From Trueperaceae bacterium (GTDB taxonomy: Bacteria; Deinococcota; Deinococci; Deinococcales; Trueperaceae), in the NCBI GenBank assembly GCA_965213705.1, contig OZ243913.1:1312001-1376000 (forward strand): 64,000 nt of DNA, in the 5' to 3' direction. Position numbers and translations under genes: made by a program. Below the pieces are notes generated by a model. The model was not told the origin of the DNA, did not search any database, and worked only from the letters and a program-made list of their open reading frames with translations. Below, piece after piece: positions 39,397 to 48,779 of this stretch; within the stretch, counting starts at the first letter, position 1; the number at the start of each line of letters is the position of its first letter.

Positions 39397-40449
39397 GTGA
39401 CAAGAACCGTGTACCGACTCGCCATTTTGGGAATCTTGCTCGCCGCGCTCGGCGCTTGCAGCTTCGCGCCGCTCGGGTTCAGCGTGAATTTGCTCGACCG
39501 TTTTCCCAACGAAACGACCGGCAGTTTCACCTTCGACGCGGAGAGCGTGACGGTAGACTTGCTGCCGCGTTTGGGCGGCGCTCGCACAGGCGGTTTCAAC
39601 CAACCCTCACCCGTCGGAGGAATAACCTTGCCAGTCGACTTCGTCGTGCCAAGTGACGCGGGGCAAACCTTGGACTTCAGCGACCAGACCCTGCCTGCCA
39701 AGCTGGAGACCGCCACCCTGAGTTACGGCCTTACCTTGATGAGCAAAAACCTCACCGGCACTTTACAGATTCAACCTTATCTTGCCCCGGTAGGCTCGGA
39801 CGCCGCCGCACAGGAGGCTTACGCGCTCGGCGAGCCACAAGAATACCGGCTTGGCACCGAGGGGGCCTTGAACGCCGATGTCGAACTGAACGAGGCGCAA
39901 CTCTCTGGCATCAACGCGAAGCAACTGCGGCTCGCACTCCGACTGTCGGGTACCGTGGACGTGGTCACCGCCAGCGAGGTTTCGATAACCTACACCTTCC
40001 AAACCTTGTCGCTCACTGTCTTCGGCGTCACCGCCCAACTCGACGAGCTTTTGCCCAATGCGGACGGCACGGTTCTCGACTTCAGCGACGAGAACATTTC
40101 AGGCCGCATTGTCGACGCGGCGCTTGTCTACGACCTCACTCTGACGAGCAGCGCCGCGCTGGACGGCAACTTGACCGCGCAGGTCTACTTGGCCCCGCCG
40201 GGCGAAGACAGCTTGTGGCAAGCCAAGTATGCCTTTGGGGAGCCCGAACAGCTCGAGCTTGCCCAGCCCGAAATCCGCGTCGCGGGCCGCGCCGATTTGA
40301 ACGAGGACCAAAGACCCGTGCTGGATACGCAAATACTCCGCGTCGGCGTACGAGTACGGGGTGAGGCGACGGTGCCGTTGCAAGGAGCCATCACCGTTGA
40401 CTACCGCTTCAACAACTTGACGTTGGAAGTCGCCTACGCGCTGCGCTGA
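39397..40449 (+). CDS. Lipoprotein with two tandem homologous beta-rich domains
   Basis: Lipobox LGAC; duplicated LDFSD...YLAP...GEP...LNE.Q motifs. Confidence 0.8.
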   Translation: MTRTVYRLAILGILLAALGACSFAPLGFSVNLLDRFPNETTGSFTFDAESVTVDLLPRLGGARTGGFNQPSPVGGITLPVDFVVPSDAGQTLDFSDQTLPAKLETATLSYGLTLMSKNLTGTLQIQPYLAPVGSDAAAQEAYALGEPQEYRLGTEGALNADVELNEAQLSGINAKQLRLALRLSGTVDVVTASEVSITYTFQTLSLTVFGVTAQLDELLPNADGTVLDFSDENISGRIVDAALVYDLTLTSSAALDGNLTAQVYLAPPGEDSLWQAKYAFGEPEQLELAQPEIRVAGRADLNEDQRPVLDTQILRVGVRVRGEATVPLQGAITVDYRFNNLTLEVAYALR

Positions 40450-40455
40450 GCCTTG

Positions 40456-41493
40456 TCAGCTTACACGCGGCTCGCCGCAGGAGGCGCGGACGACGAGTTC
40501 GGCGTTGCCTACGCGAACCTCTCGCTCGGTGGGTCGTTCGCCCTTGATCAGCTGAATCAGCAACTCGCCCGCCCGCCGCCCCTGCTCTTTTGGGTTGGTG
40601 CGCACCGTGGTGAGGGGGGGCACGGCGTAAGCGGCCGTGGGGATGTCGTCATAGCCGACGACGGCGACGTCCTCGGGCACACGCAGACCGGCCTGGTGAA
40701 GCGCCGCCAGCGCGCCTAGAGCGATGGTGTCGTTGCCTGCGAAAAGCGCCGTGAAACCTGGCGCGTGCTCGAGCAAAGACCTCATCTGCGCAAAGCCGCT
40801 CGCGGCGCTGAAATCCCCTTCGCGTACCCACTCGTCTCTCACCGGCAGCCCCGCTTCGGTCAGCGTTTGTTGGTAGACGTTTAACCGGTCCAAAGCGCCT
40901 TGATAGGTAAAGGGCGCATAGGTGATGTGGGCGATGCGCTCGTGACCCAAGCCGATGAGCCGGTTGACGGCTGCCGCCATGAGGGGCGTCTGGGTGACGG
41001 TATACGCCTGTGGGTAATCGCTGCTGCTGACCAAGACGACCGGAAAGCCGGACTCGATGAGTTCGGGCAGGTGCGTGTCCGCGTCGTCCAAGCGCGGGTT
41101 CAACACGACCATGCCGTCAATTTGCTTGGCGGCGACGAGCGAGCGGTAAGCGTTGCCGCCGGTCTCCCGCACGCCCTCGAGAATCACGCGAAAGCCGCGT
41201 TCGTTGCAGACTTCCGTCAGCGCGTAAAGAAGCTGAGGAACGAACGCGTCGACCTCTAAATGATGCGGGTCCGGCAGGATGAGCCCGAGCGTGCGCGTTT
41301 GCCCGCTCGCTAAGGTGCGCGCCGCCGCGTCCGGCACGTAGCCGAGGTCGTGGGCCGCAGCCAGCACACGCGCGCGCGTATGCTGGCTGATGCTCTTACT
41401 CAGCGGCGCGTTGTTGAGCACAAACGAGACCGTCGTGCGTGACACGCCGGCCCGCTCTGCGACCTCGAGGCTCGTGACCCGCTTTGGCTCCAC
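40456..41493 (-). CDS. LacI-family regulator
   Basis: TSLEVAERAGVSRTTVSFVLN; VPEDVAVVGYDD. Confidence 0.95.
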   Translation of the reverse strand: MEPKRVTSLEVAERAGVSRTTVSFVLNNAPLSKSISQHTRARVLAAAHDLGYVPDAAARTLASGQTRTLGLILPDPHHLEVDAFVPQLLYALTEVCNERGFRVILEGVRETGGNAYRSLVAAKQIDGMVVLNPRLDDADTHLPELIESGFPVVLVSSSDYPQAYTVTQTPLMAAAVNRLIGLGHERIAHITYAPFTYQGALDRLNVYQQTLTEAGLPVRDEWVREGDFSAASGFAQMRSLLEHAPGFTALFAGNDTIALGALAALHQAGLRVPEDVAVVGYDDIPTAAYAVPPLTTVRTNPKEQGRRAGELLIQLIKGERPTEREVRVGNAELVVRASCGEPRVS

Positions 41494-41504
41494 AAGGTCT
41501 CGGC

Positions 41505-42923
41505 TTAGGCCCGAGTCAATACTTTTTGCTCGTCGGCGCGCAAGGCCTCGGGGATGTAGTCGCCGTGCGCCTCCAACAACTCGTCGACTAAGTTCCAAAT
41601 CTCGTCCAGCGTGAGTTCGGCCGCCGTGTGCGGGTCGAGCATGGCGGCGTGGTAAACGTGCTCGCGCTTGCCGGTCAAAATCGCTTCGACGGTCAGCGCT
41701 TGCACGTTGATGTTGGTCTGCATCAGCGCGGCCAACTGTGGCGGCAGCGCGCCGACGTGGGTCGGTTGCAGCCCGTTTTTGTCAACCAAACAAGGCACCT
41801 CGACGACGCAGTCGGCGGGCAAGTTGTCTATCAAGTTATGGTTGGGCACGTTGCCGTAGACGACCCGCGGCGTGCCGGTTTCCAAGCTGTGGATGATTTC
41901 CGAGCCGTACTCGGGACTGCGCTTGACCGTGCCGAGGTTGGCGAAACCCTTGACCGTGCCTTTGATCATGGTGGGCATGAGCGGGGTCTGCTCGAGCACC
42001 GCCTGCAATTTGAGCGGGTCTTGCGAACCCGGCTGTTCCAGCTCGCGCTCGACGAACCCCCAGGTCGCCAGCCCCGCCTGACAACGGTACAGGTACTCGT
42101 CCAAGGGAATGTTGTAACGCTCCAACAACTCCGGATGGCTAGACTTGATAAACCAGGGCGTGTATTCGGCAAAGTGCTCGCTCGACTCGGTGACGAAGTA
42201 ACCCAAACGCTTGAACATCTCGTAGCGCACGCGGTTGTCCTCCGGCACGCGGTTTTCATTGAGCACCTTGCGAATGAGCGGATAGAGGTCTTGCCCGTCA
42301 TGTTCGAACTTCAGGTAAAACGCCATGTGGTTGATGCCCGCGGCGACGTAGTTGATGTCTTTCAAGGACACGCCGATGTCACGGGCGAGTTCCTTGGCGG
42401 TTCCTTGGACGCTGTGACACAGGCCGATGGTGGTAATGGTCGAAGCCTGGGCGAGCGCCCGGCAGTTCATCACCATCGGGTTGACGTAGTTGAGGTGCGT
42501 AACTTGCGGACACAGCCGCTCCATGTCGTGGGCCATGTCTAAGAGCACCGGAATGGTGCGCAGCGCCCGCATGATCCCGCCGATGCCGAGCGTGTCGCCG
42601 ATGGTTTGGCGCAGTCCGTACTTCTTGGGGATTTCGAAGTCGATGACGGTCGCAGGCTCATAGCCGCCGACCTGAATCATATTGATGGCGTAGTCCGCAC
42701 CGTCGAGCGCACGTTCGCGGTCGGTCGTTACCTCGAAAGTCGGCTTCACGCCCAACGTCTCGGCGATGCGCTGCCCAACGCGGTGCGACAGCTGAAGACG
42801 TTTTTCGTCGATGTCGAACAGGGTAATAGTGGACTCGGCCAACTCGGGATAACTCAAAATGTCGCCCATCAGGTTTTTGGCGAACACGGTCGAACCCGCG
42901 CCGATAAAGGTGATTTTTGGCAT
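41505..42923 (-). CDS. melA: GH4 alpha-galactosidase
   Basis: KITFIGAGS, QTIGDTLGIGG, NYVNP, GLCHSV, AGINH, TESSEH, MLDPHT. Confidence 0.93.
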   Translation of the reverse strand: MPKITFIGAGSTVFAKNLMGDILSYPELAESTITLFDIDEKRLQLSHRVGQRIAETLGVKPTFEVTTDRERALDGADYAINMIQVGGYEPATVIDFEIPKKYGLRQTIGDTLGIGGIMRALRTIPVLLDMAHDMERLCPQVTHLNYVNPMVMNCRALAQASTITTIGLCHSVQGTAKELARDIGVSLKDINYVAAGINHMAFYLKFEHDGQDLYPLIRKVLNENRVPEDNRVRYEMFKRLGYFVTESSEHFAEYTPWFIKSSHPELLERYNIPLDEYLYRCQAGLATWGFVERELEQPGSQDPLKLQAVLEQTPLMPTMIKGTVKGFANLGTVKRSPEYGSEIIHSLETGTPRVVYGNVPNHNLIDNLPADCVVEVPCLVDKNGLQPTHVGALPPQLAALMQTNINVQALTVEAILTGKREHVYHAAMLDPHTAAELTLDEIWNLVDELLEAHGDYIPEALRADEQKVLTRA

Positions 42924-42925
42924 GG

Positions 42926-43696
42926 TTAAACTCCTCTTTCTACTGCTTTTTTGACTTGTCTCTCGAGCAACTGCGGAAAGCCCCGGTGCGCTGCCAGCAC
43001 GAGCAATAGGATTTCCCCGGCGTTCCACCAAAAGTGAATGGCGACGCGCGGCGCGCTCGTCAAACCGGGCACGCGGCCACACCACGATTGTAACGCCAAC
43101 AGGCCGTCGCGACCTAGCACACCGGGCAGGCTTTGGGTGACGCCCGTCGCGCTCACCCCGACGGCGCTCAGCTCGGACAAAACGGTGAAGTAACGAGCCA
43201 GCAAATAAGCGTGCTCGAGGCTGTGCAGCGTCGCCCAAGCCAATAGCGCGTAAGCCCAACCATTGCGTAAGCCCCGCGTCACCAAAAAACCAATCCCGAG
43301 CGTGACGAACAGGTTCCACGTGAAGTGAACCCACTCGGCGTTCGCCGCCGTGATGAGTCCGAGCGAGCGACCTGCGGGCCACCCCAACAGGTAATACTGG
43401 ACGACTTGTGCAACGTGTTCCAAAGTATGAAACCCCTGCGTAACGAGCAACACGCTCAGCACCGTCGCCGCAGCGCCGAGTTTGGCCGCGTCGTCGCGCC
43501 ACTTGAGGACTGCCGGAACCGCCAAAATGCCCACAGCGAGCAGGCTGGCGCTCGAGAGCGACGCCGTTTCGCTGCCGACCAAAAAGCCCCACAGCGTGAC
43601 TGCCAAGACAGCGCTCACCAAGACCAGGGGCAAGCGTCGGCCGGGGTCGAGCAGCGTCCAGAGCGGCGTGTTCAGACTGCGCGGCTCGACGCTCAC
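42926..43696 (-). CDS. Integral membrane protein with two HxxEH...HFxWN repeats
   Basis: QGFHTLEH...EWVHFTWN and LHSLEH...AIHFWWN; GTGA-coupled to the upstream gene. Confidence 0.75.
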   Translation of the reverse strand: MSVEPRSLNTPLWTLLDPGRRLPLVLVSAVLAVTLWGFLVGSETASLSSASLLAVGILAVPAVLKWRDDAAKLGAAATVLSVLLVTQGFHTLEHVAQVVQYYLLGWPAGRSLGLITAANAEWVHFTWNLFVTLGIGFLVTRGLRNGWAYALLAWATLHSLEHAYLLARYFTVLSELSAVGVSATGVTQSLPGVLGRDGLLALQSWCGRVPGLTSAPRVAIHFWWNAGEILLLVLAAHRGFPQLLERQVKKAVERGV

Positions 43697-45318
43697 CGCC
43701 CCACCTCCCGCGTTACCGTCACAAGAGTACCGGCCGTGAGGCCTGCCAGTTCCGACATCGCCCCGTCGGGCCAGAGGACGCTCAAGCTCGCGGCTTTCGC
43801 ATCCTCCGGCACCCCGAAGTGAACCCGCGCCGGGTCGCCGCTCAGGTAGCCACCCCCGCTTTTGACCTCACGCAGCAGGGTTCTTTCGCCGGTGTGAAGT
43901 TTCAAAACCGCGCCGAGCGCCCAAGTATTCCCACTGTCAGGCCACGCCAAATCGACCTCGAGCCCTGTTCCCCCGCACAGTTGATTCTCGAACAAAGCTG
44001 AGGGGGTCTCGAGATTGTTGACGACGATGTCCAAGTCGCCGTCGTTGTCAAAGTCCGCCATCGTCATGCCGCGGCCGCTCTCGAGCGCGCCCAAACCCCA
44101 GTCGGGCGCGCGTTCGAAGCCCGTTTCGGTTTGCCGAAAAGCCAGGTTCGCCTCGACCAGTTCGTTGCCGGGCAGATGCGAGAAAACGTCTTTGGCAATC
44201 ATGCCGTTGACCACATAAAGGTCTAAGAGCCCGTCATTGTCGAGGTCGCCGAACGAGCCTGACCAACTCCAGCCGGTCGCGTCGAGCTTGAGGCTGTAAG
44301 CGAGGTTCTTGAAACCTTTGTCATTGCGGCTGTAGAGCGCATTTTCTTCTCGCTGCGCGTTGCGGCTCGTTTTGCGCTGGTAGCTTTTCTCCATCAGCGG
44401 CATCCAGGCGGCGAGGGCTTTTTTGTCCTTAAAGTCGGGTTTCATGTCGGTGGCGAACAGCTCGAGCCGCCCGTCGTTGTCGATGTCGCCCGTGTCGAAG
44501 CTCATGGTGTTGCGCGTGGTCTCGGCAAAAGGCTCGGCGGCGAGCCAGCCCTCGTCGGTGTTGAGAAAGGCGTAGTCCGGCACCTCGAAATCGTTGCCGA
44601 CCAAAAGGTCGGGTTTACCGTCTTCGTTTAAGTCGAACAAGGTCACAGCCAAAGCTTGCGACGTTTCGGCGAGCCGCGTTTCCTTAAACCCGCCGGGCGT
44701 GTTTTCATAAACGAACACGCCCGCGCCGCTCGAAAACAGAAAGGAATCTCTGAGCTCTTTCTCGAGCAGCGTGTCGTAAGACGCGGTGACCAGGTCTAAG
44801 TCCCCGTCCGCGTCGAGGTCGCCCCACACGAACGTGTAAGCCTTGCGGGTGACGCCGCGCAGAGTGTCTTGTTTGAACGTTCCTTGCACATTTCTCCAGT
44901 AACTCAAGCTACCCAAACTTTGCGTAAACACGATGTCGAGGAAACCGTCGCCGTCTACGTCTACGAGTTGGACGGCCCTCGAGTCCCCGTAACCCAGCTC
45001 TTCTTTGCGGAAAAACAAGTTTCCCTCGTTCCACAAAACGGAGTTCGCACCCTCGAGGTTCGCCAAGACGATGTCCAAGTCACCGTCGTCGTCCAAGTCG
45101 CCCGCCGCCACGCCCGCGCCGTTGGAATCGTAAAAGGTGACTTCCAAACCGTGGGCGCGGGTAGTGTGCTCGAGCGCGTGCTTGACGAACGTGCCCGAGC
45201 AGGTGCTGGGCTCGAGCGGTGTTACGCCGATACTGACCGGTACAGTGACAGGTTGTGCATAAACTGCCGTCATAAAATACAAAAGTCCTGTGAGGGTGAA
45301 GTGTTTTAGAGTCGCCAT
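43693..45318 (-). CDS. CRTAC1/ASPIC-UnbV family FG-GAP repeat protein
   Basis: Repeated GDLDDDGDLD-type motifs; C-terminal GGYLS...VHFGV...VLWPDG. Confidence 0.9.
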   Translation of the reverse strand: MATLKHFTLTGLLYFMTAVYAQPVTVPVSIGVTPLEPSTCSGTFVKHALEHTTRAHGLEVTFYDSNGAGVAAGDLDDDGDLDIVLANLEGANSVLWNEGNLFFRKEELGYGDSRAVQLVDVDGDGFLDIVFTQSLGSLSYWRNVQGTFKQDTLRGVTRKAYTFVWGDLDADGDLDLVTASYDTLLEKELRDSFLFSSGAGVFVYENTPGGFKETRLAETSQALAVTLFDLNEDGKPDLLVGNDFEVPDYAFLNTDEGWLAAEPFAETTRNTMSFDTGDIDNDGRLELFATDMKPDFKDKKALAAWMPLMEKSYQRKTSRNAQREENALYSRNDKGFKNLAYSLKLDATGWSWSGSFGDLDNDGLLDLYVVNGMIAKDVFSHLPGNELVEANLAFRQTETGFERAPDWGLGALESGRGMTMADFDNDGDLDIVVNNLETPSALFENQLCGGTGLEVDLAWPDSGNTWALGAVLKLHTGERTLLREVKSGGGYLSGDPARVHFGVPEDAKAASLSVLWPDGAMSELAGLTAGTLVTVTREVGR

Positions 45319-45358
45319 AGGTAAGGTCGGGGCGCACGTCCGGTGCGCCCCTCGAGGG

Positions 45359-46654
45359 TTAGAACAGGTCGTTGATTTCTTCGTTGGCAGCGGGCAACGC
45401 GGTGGCTGCGTCCTCTTGACCGAGCAGGATGCTCTGCATCGTGCTGGTCATGATTTCGGAAACCTGCGAGGCGTAGTCGGTGACCGGAAACAAGAAAGTC
45501 GCTCCTTCGATTTCGGTCAGGTTCGTAAAGGCGGAAACGTCCACGCCGTTCTCTTGGTAAGCGGCTTCAGCGATAGCCACCGCCTCGGGAATGGCGGGAA
45601 AGACCACCGCGTACGCGCCGACCACGTCTTGGCAAGCGGGCGAGCCCAGGTACTTGACCCACTCCCAGGCCGCGTCCTGGTTGTCGGTGCCGACCCAGAT
45701 GGAGTCCGCCAGGCCGTTGAACATGCTCTTTTTCCCCTCAGGCCCCGCGGGAACCGAAGCGAAGCCGACCGGAAACTCCGAGCTGTTCCGGTTCGTGCCG
45801 ATGTTCCAAGACCCGTCGGTCATGAGCGCGCCCTGGCCGGCGGCGAACAGGGCGTTTTTGCCCAAAGCGCTGACCTCCTCATAACTGGGCGCGTAACCTT
45901 TGTCGATGAGGCCTTTGTACCACTGAATTGTGGCGATAAAGCGCGGGTCGTCGTAGTGATACTCCTCGGCATAAAGGTCGTCGATAAACTTCCAACCCAG
46001 CGAAGCCGCGAAAGGGCTCCACTGCGTCTGTCCGTAGGCGTCGGCACCGTCCGTGGCGAGGTAGCCGTACTGCACGACGTTGCTAGGGTCGAAGTCGGGT
46101 GAGAGGCCGTCGTTGCCGTTGGCGTCGATGGAAAGCCGGGCGACGATGTCGGTGAAGGTGCCGCCGTCTTCGGGGTTCCAGGTGGCGTTGTTGAGTTCTT
46201 CGACCGTCACGCCCGCCGCGTCCAGCATGTTCTGGTTGTAAGCGACCGCGATGGTGTCCCAGTCTTTGGGCAAACCGTAGCGCGCGCCGTCGCGCGTCCA
46301 CAAGTCGGCTAAGCCCTCGAGATAAACCCCTGTGTCGACACTGTCGCGCTCGACCAGCGGCTGGAGGTCGACGAGTTGCTGGTTGGCTGCGAATTCAGGA
46401 TAGCGGGCCAAGTGGTTGGTGAACACGTCCGGCGCGGTGCCCGAGACGAAGCCGGTGGTGATGCCGCCCCAGTAGTCGCCCCAGCCCTGCTGGGTGATGT
46501 TGACCTGAATGTCGGGGTTGGCCTCCGTGAAGTTGGTGGCACATTCCTGATAGGCGGGTTGCTGGTTGGCGTCCCAGAGCCAGTAGTCGATTTGCGTTTG
46601 GGCGAGTGCGGCGCTCAAACCCAGCGACGCGACGAGTAGTAGCAATTTCTTCAT
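45359..46654 (-). CDS. Sugar ABC substrate-binding protein
   Basis: Signal peptide, GTAPDVF, YGLPKDWD. Confidence 0.93.
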   Translation of the reverse strand: MKKLLLLVASLGLSAALAQTQIDYWLWDANQQPAYQECATNFTEANPDIQVNITQQGWGDYWGGITTGFVSGTAPDVFTNHLARYPEFAANQQLVDLQPLVERDSVDTGVYLEGLADLWTRDGARYGLPKDWDTIAVAYNQNMLDAAGVTVEELNNATWNPEDGGTFTDIVARLSIDANGNDGLSPDFDPSNVVQYGYLATDGADAYGQTQWSPFAASLGWKFIDDLYAEEYHYDDPRFIATIQWYKGLIDKGYAPSYEEVSALGKNALFAAGQGALMTDGSWNIGTNRNSSEFPVGFASVPAGPEGKKSMFNGLADSIWVGTDNQDAAWEWVKYLGSPACQDVVGAYAVVFPAIPEAVAIAEAAYQENGVDVSAFTNLTEIEGATFLFPVTDYASQVSEIMTSTMQSILLGQEDAATALPAANEEINDLF

Positions 46655-46773
46655 GCTTCCTCCTTGTTTTGCAAACTCCCCTTTGGTTTTGGATTTCCAG
46701 AGTGGGAGACGTTGCCTGAAGTTGAGTCATTCGTTTTTCGACGAAGAACAAATCGCGAGATATGAATGACCTC

Positions 46774-47676
46774 CTACTTGAGCCCACTGAACTGCAACGA
46801 GTTGATAACTTGCCGCCCCAGCACGATGAGCAAGATGAACACCGGGATGATGCTTAGGAACGTGCCCGCCATCAGTCCGGTCCAGTCGGGCGCGCCTTGC
46901 GGGGTTTGGGTGCGGAAAAACTGCAAAGCCACGGTCAGCACGCGCACGTCCGCGTCTTTGCCGACTAAGAACGGCCAGAAAAATTCGTTCCACATGCCGA
47001 TGCTGGTCAAAATCACGAGGGTGATGATGGGCGTGCGGCTGATGGGCAAGATAATTCGCCAGAAGGTGCCGAAGGGCGACGAGCCGTCGAGTTCGGCGGC
47101 TTCCTCGAGCGCTTTGGGAATGCCCAAAAAGAACTGCCGCAGAAAAAACACCGCGAAGGGCGACATCAGAAAAAAGGGCGCGACCATGCCCGCGTAGGTG
47201 TTGAGCCAGCCCAAATTTTTCACCAGGATGAAGTTCGGAATAAAGAGCACAATTCCGGGCACCATCAGCGCGGACAGGTACAGAAAAAACAGGGCCTCGC
47301 GCCCGACGAACTTGAGCCGAGCGAACGCGTAAGCGGCCATCGCGCAGAAAAAAGTTTGGCCGACGACGATAATCGTCGTGAAGATGACCGAGTTGCCCAT
47401 CGCGCGTAAAAAGTTGATGTTGCCGCTCGAGCCGCCCGCGGCCACGCTCTCTTCGACACTCACAAAACCCATCACGCGGCGGAAGTTGAAAAGTGTCGGG
47501 TCGTTGGGAAAGAGGTCTCTGACGCTTCCGAACAGTTCGCGCTGCGGAATGAGCGCGGTCTTCAACACGATATAGATAGGGAACAGCGTGAGCAGGATGA
47601 GCAAAATGAGCAGCGCCCAGGTGAGAATGCGCCCGACGCCCCAACGCTTCTCGCTTACGGTGTTAGCAGAATCCAC
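46774..47676 (-). CDS. Carbohydrate ABC permease (MalG-like)
   Basis: LEEAAELDG, WNEFFWP. Confidence 0.93.
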   Translation of the reverse strand: MDSANTVSEKRWGVGRILTWALLILLILLTLFPIYIVLKTALIPQRELFGSVRDLFPNDPTLFNFRRVMGFVSVEESVAAGGSSGNINFLRAMGNSVIFTTIIVVGQTFFCAMAAYAFARLKFVGREALFFLYLSALMVPGIVLFIPNFILVKNLGWLNTYAGMVAPFFLMSPFAVFFLRQFFLGIPKALEEAAELDGSSPFGTFWRIILPISRTPIITLVILTSIGMWNEFFWPFLVGKDADVRVLTVALQFFRTQTPQGAPDWTGLMAGTFLSIIPVFILLIVLGRQVINSLQFSGLK

Positions 47677-47686
47677 AGTAACCTCC

Positions 47687-48622
47687 TTACGCCAAGTCCG
47701 ATTCGTCGCCGCGCAGGATGCGCATCTGCAGAATCGTGATGACGACGAGAATAAGAAACAGCACCACCGACATCGCCGTGGCGTAGCCCATGCGGAAAAA
47801 CTCGAACGCGTTTTGATAGATGTAGTAGACGATGACGCGGGTCGCGTCCACCGGGCCGCCTTGCGTGGTCACGGCGACCGTGTCGAAAATCTGCACCGAA
47901 CCCACGACGGAGGTGACCAACACGAACACCATGACCGGGCGCAGCAACGGCAGCGTGATGTTGCGGAACATGCGCCACTCGCCCGCGCCGTCGATGGTGG
48001 CGGCTTCGTACAGAGACTTGGGAATGCCCTGGATGCCCGCGTAAAAAAGCAGCGCGTTGAAACCCATGTGCCGCCAGATGTTGATGCCCGCAATCGTCGG
48101 CAGCGCCTGCGCAAAAGACCCGAAAAAAGGCTGCCGGTCGATGCCCAAGTAGCCCAGCAATACGTTGCCGTAACCCAACAACGGGTCGAGCAGCCACAGC
48201 CAAATAAGCGCGACGATGACGTTCGAGAGCAAGTAGGGCAACACAAAAATGCCGCGCACGAGGATGGACTTCGCCACGCGGTCCATCACCACGGCGATGA
48301 ACAAACCGAGCACGGTTTGAAAGGGGATGTTGTAAAGCACGTAGAGCCCGGTGACCTTTAGGGCATTCCAGAACTTGGGGTCGGTGAACAGCTCTTGGTA
48401 GTTCTCGAGCCCCACGCTTTTGGGCGCGCGGAGCAAGTTCCACTCGGTAAAAGAAATCTGCACCGCCCGAACTGAGGGGATGGCGAAAAACAGCAAAAAC
48501 CCGATCAAGCTCGGCAAGATGAACAGGTATGCGGTGACGGCTTCTTGCGTGAACAGCTTTCTGGGCCCACCCTGTCGTTTGGCACCTTGCGCTCTTCCAA
48601 TCGCTCGTGTATCCGTCGCCAT
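47687..48622 (-). CDS. Carbohydrate ABC permease (MalF-like)
   Basis: LYEAATIDGA, TQGGP, MGYA. Confidence 0.93.
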   Translation of the reverse strand: MATDTRAIGRAQGAKRQGGPRKLFTQEAVTAYLFILPSLIGFLLFFAIPSVRAVQISFTEWNLLRAPKSVGLENYQELFTDPKFWNALKVTGLYVLYNIPFQTVLGLFIAVVMDRVAKSILVRGIFVLPYLLSNVIVALIWLWLLDPLLGYGNVLLGYLGIDRQPFFGSFAQALPTIAGINIWRHMGFNALLFYAGIQGIPKSLYEAATIDGAGEWRMFRNITLPLLRPVMVFVLVTSVVGSVQIFDTVAVTTQGGPVDATRVIVYYIYQNAFEFFRMGYATAMSVVLFLILVVITILQMRILRGDESDLA

Positions 48623-48653
48623 AGCACTCCCTCGCTCGAGCCCCACCAGAGAC

Positions 48654-48716
48654 TTAGTTAACGCGTTTTACTAACTCGTGTAAAGCACAATAACAATGCC
48701 GCTCACATTTTGTCAA
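48654..48716 (-). promoter_or_regulatory. Promoter and LacI-like operator of the mel/ABC operon
   Basis: Minus strand TTGACA-18 nt-TATTGT with extended TG; imperfect palindrome TTAGTTAACGCGTTTTACTAA just downstream. Confidence 0.65.
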
Positions 48717-48779
48717 GCCTGCCCTTGAACCCTCTTTTCCTGAACTTGTGTGAGACTGAACGCGGCTGAAGAGAATCCT

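Noticed and set aside
43693..45318. Enediyne biosynthesis cassette
   Set aside because: A UnbV-like domain alone is widespread; no PKS or thioesterase nearby.
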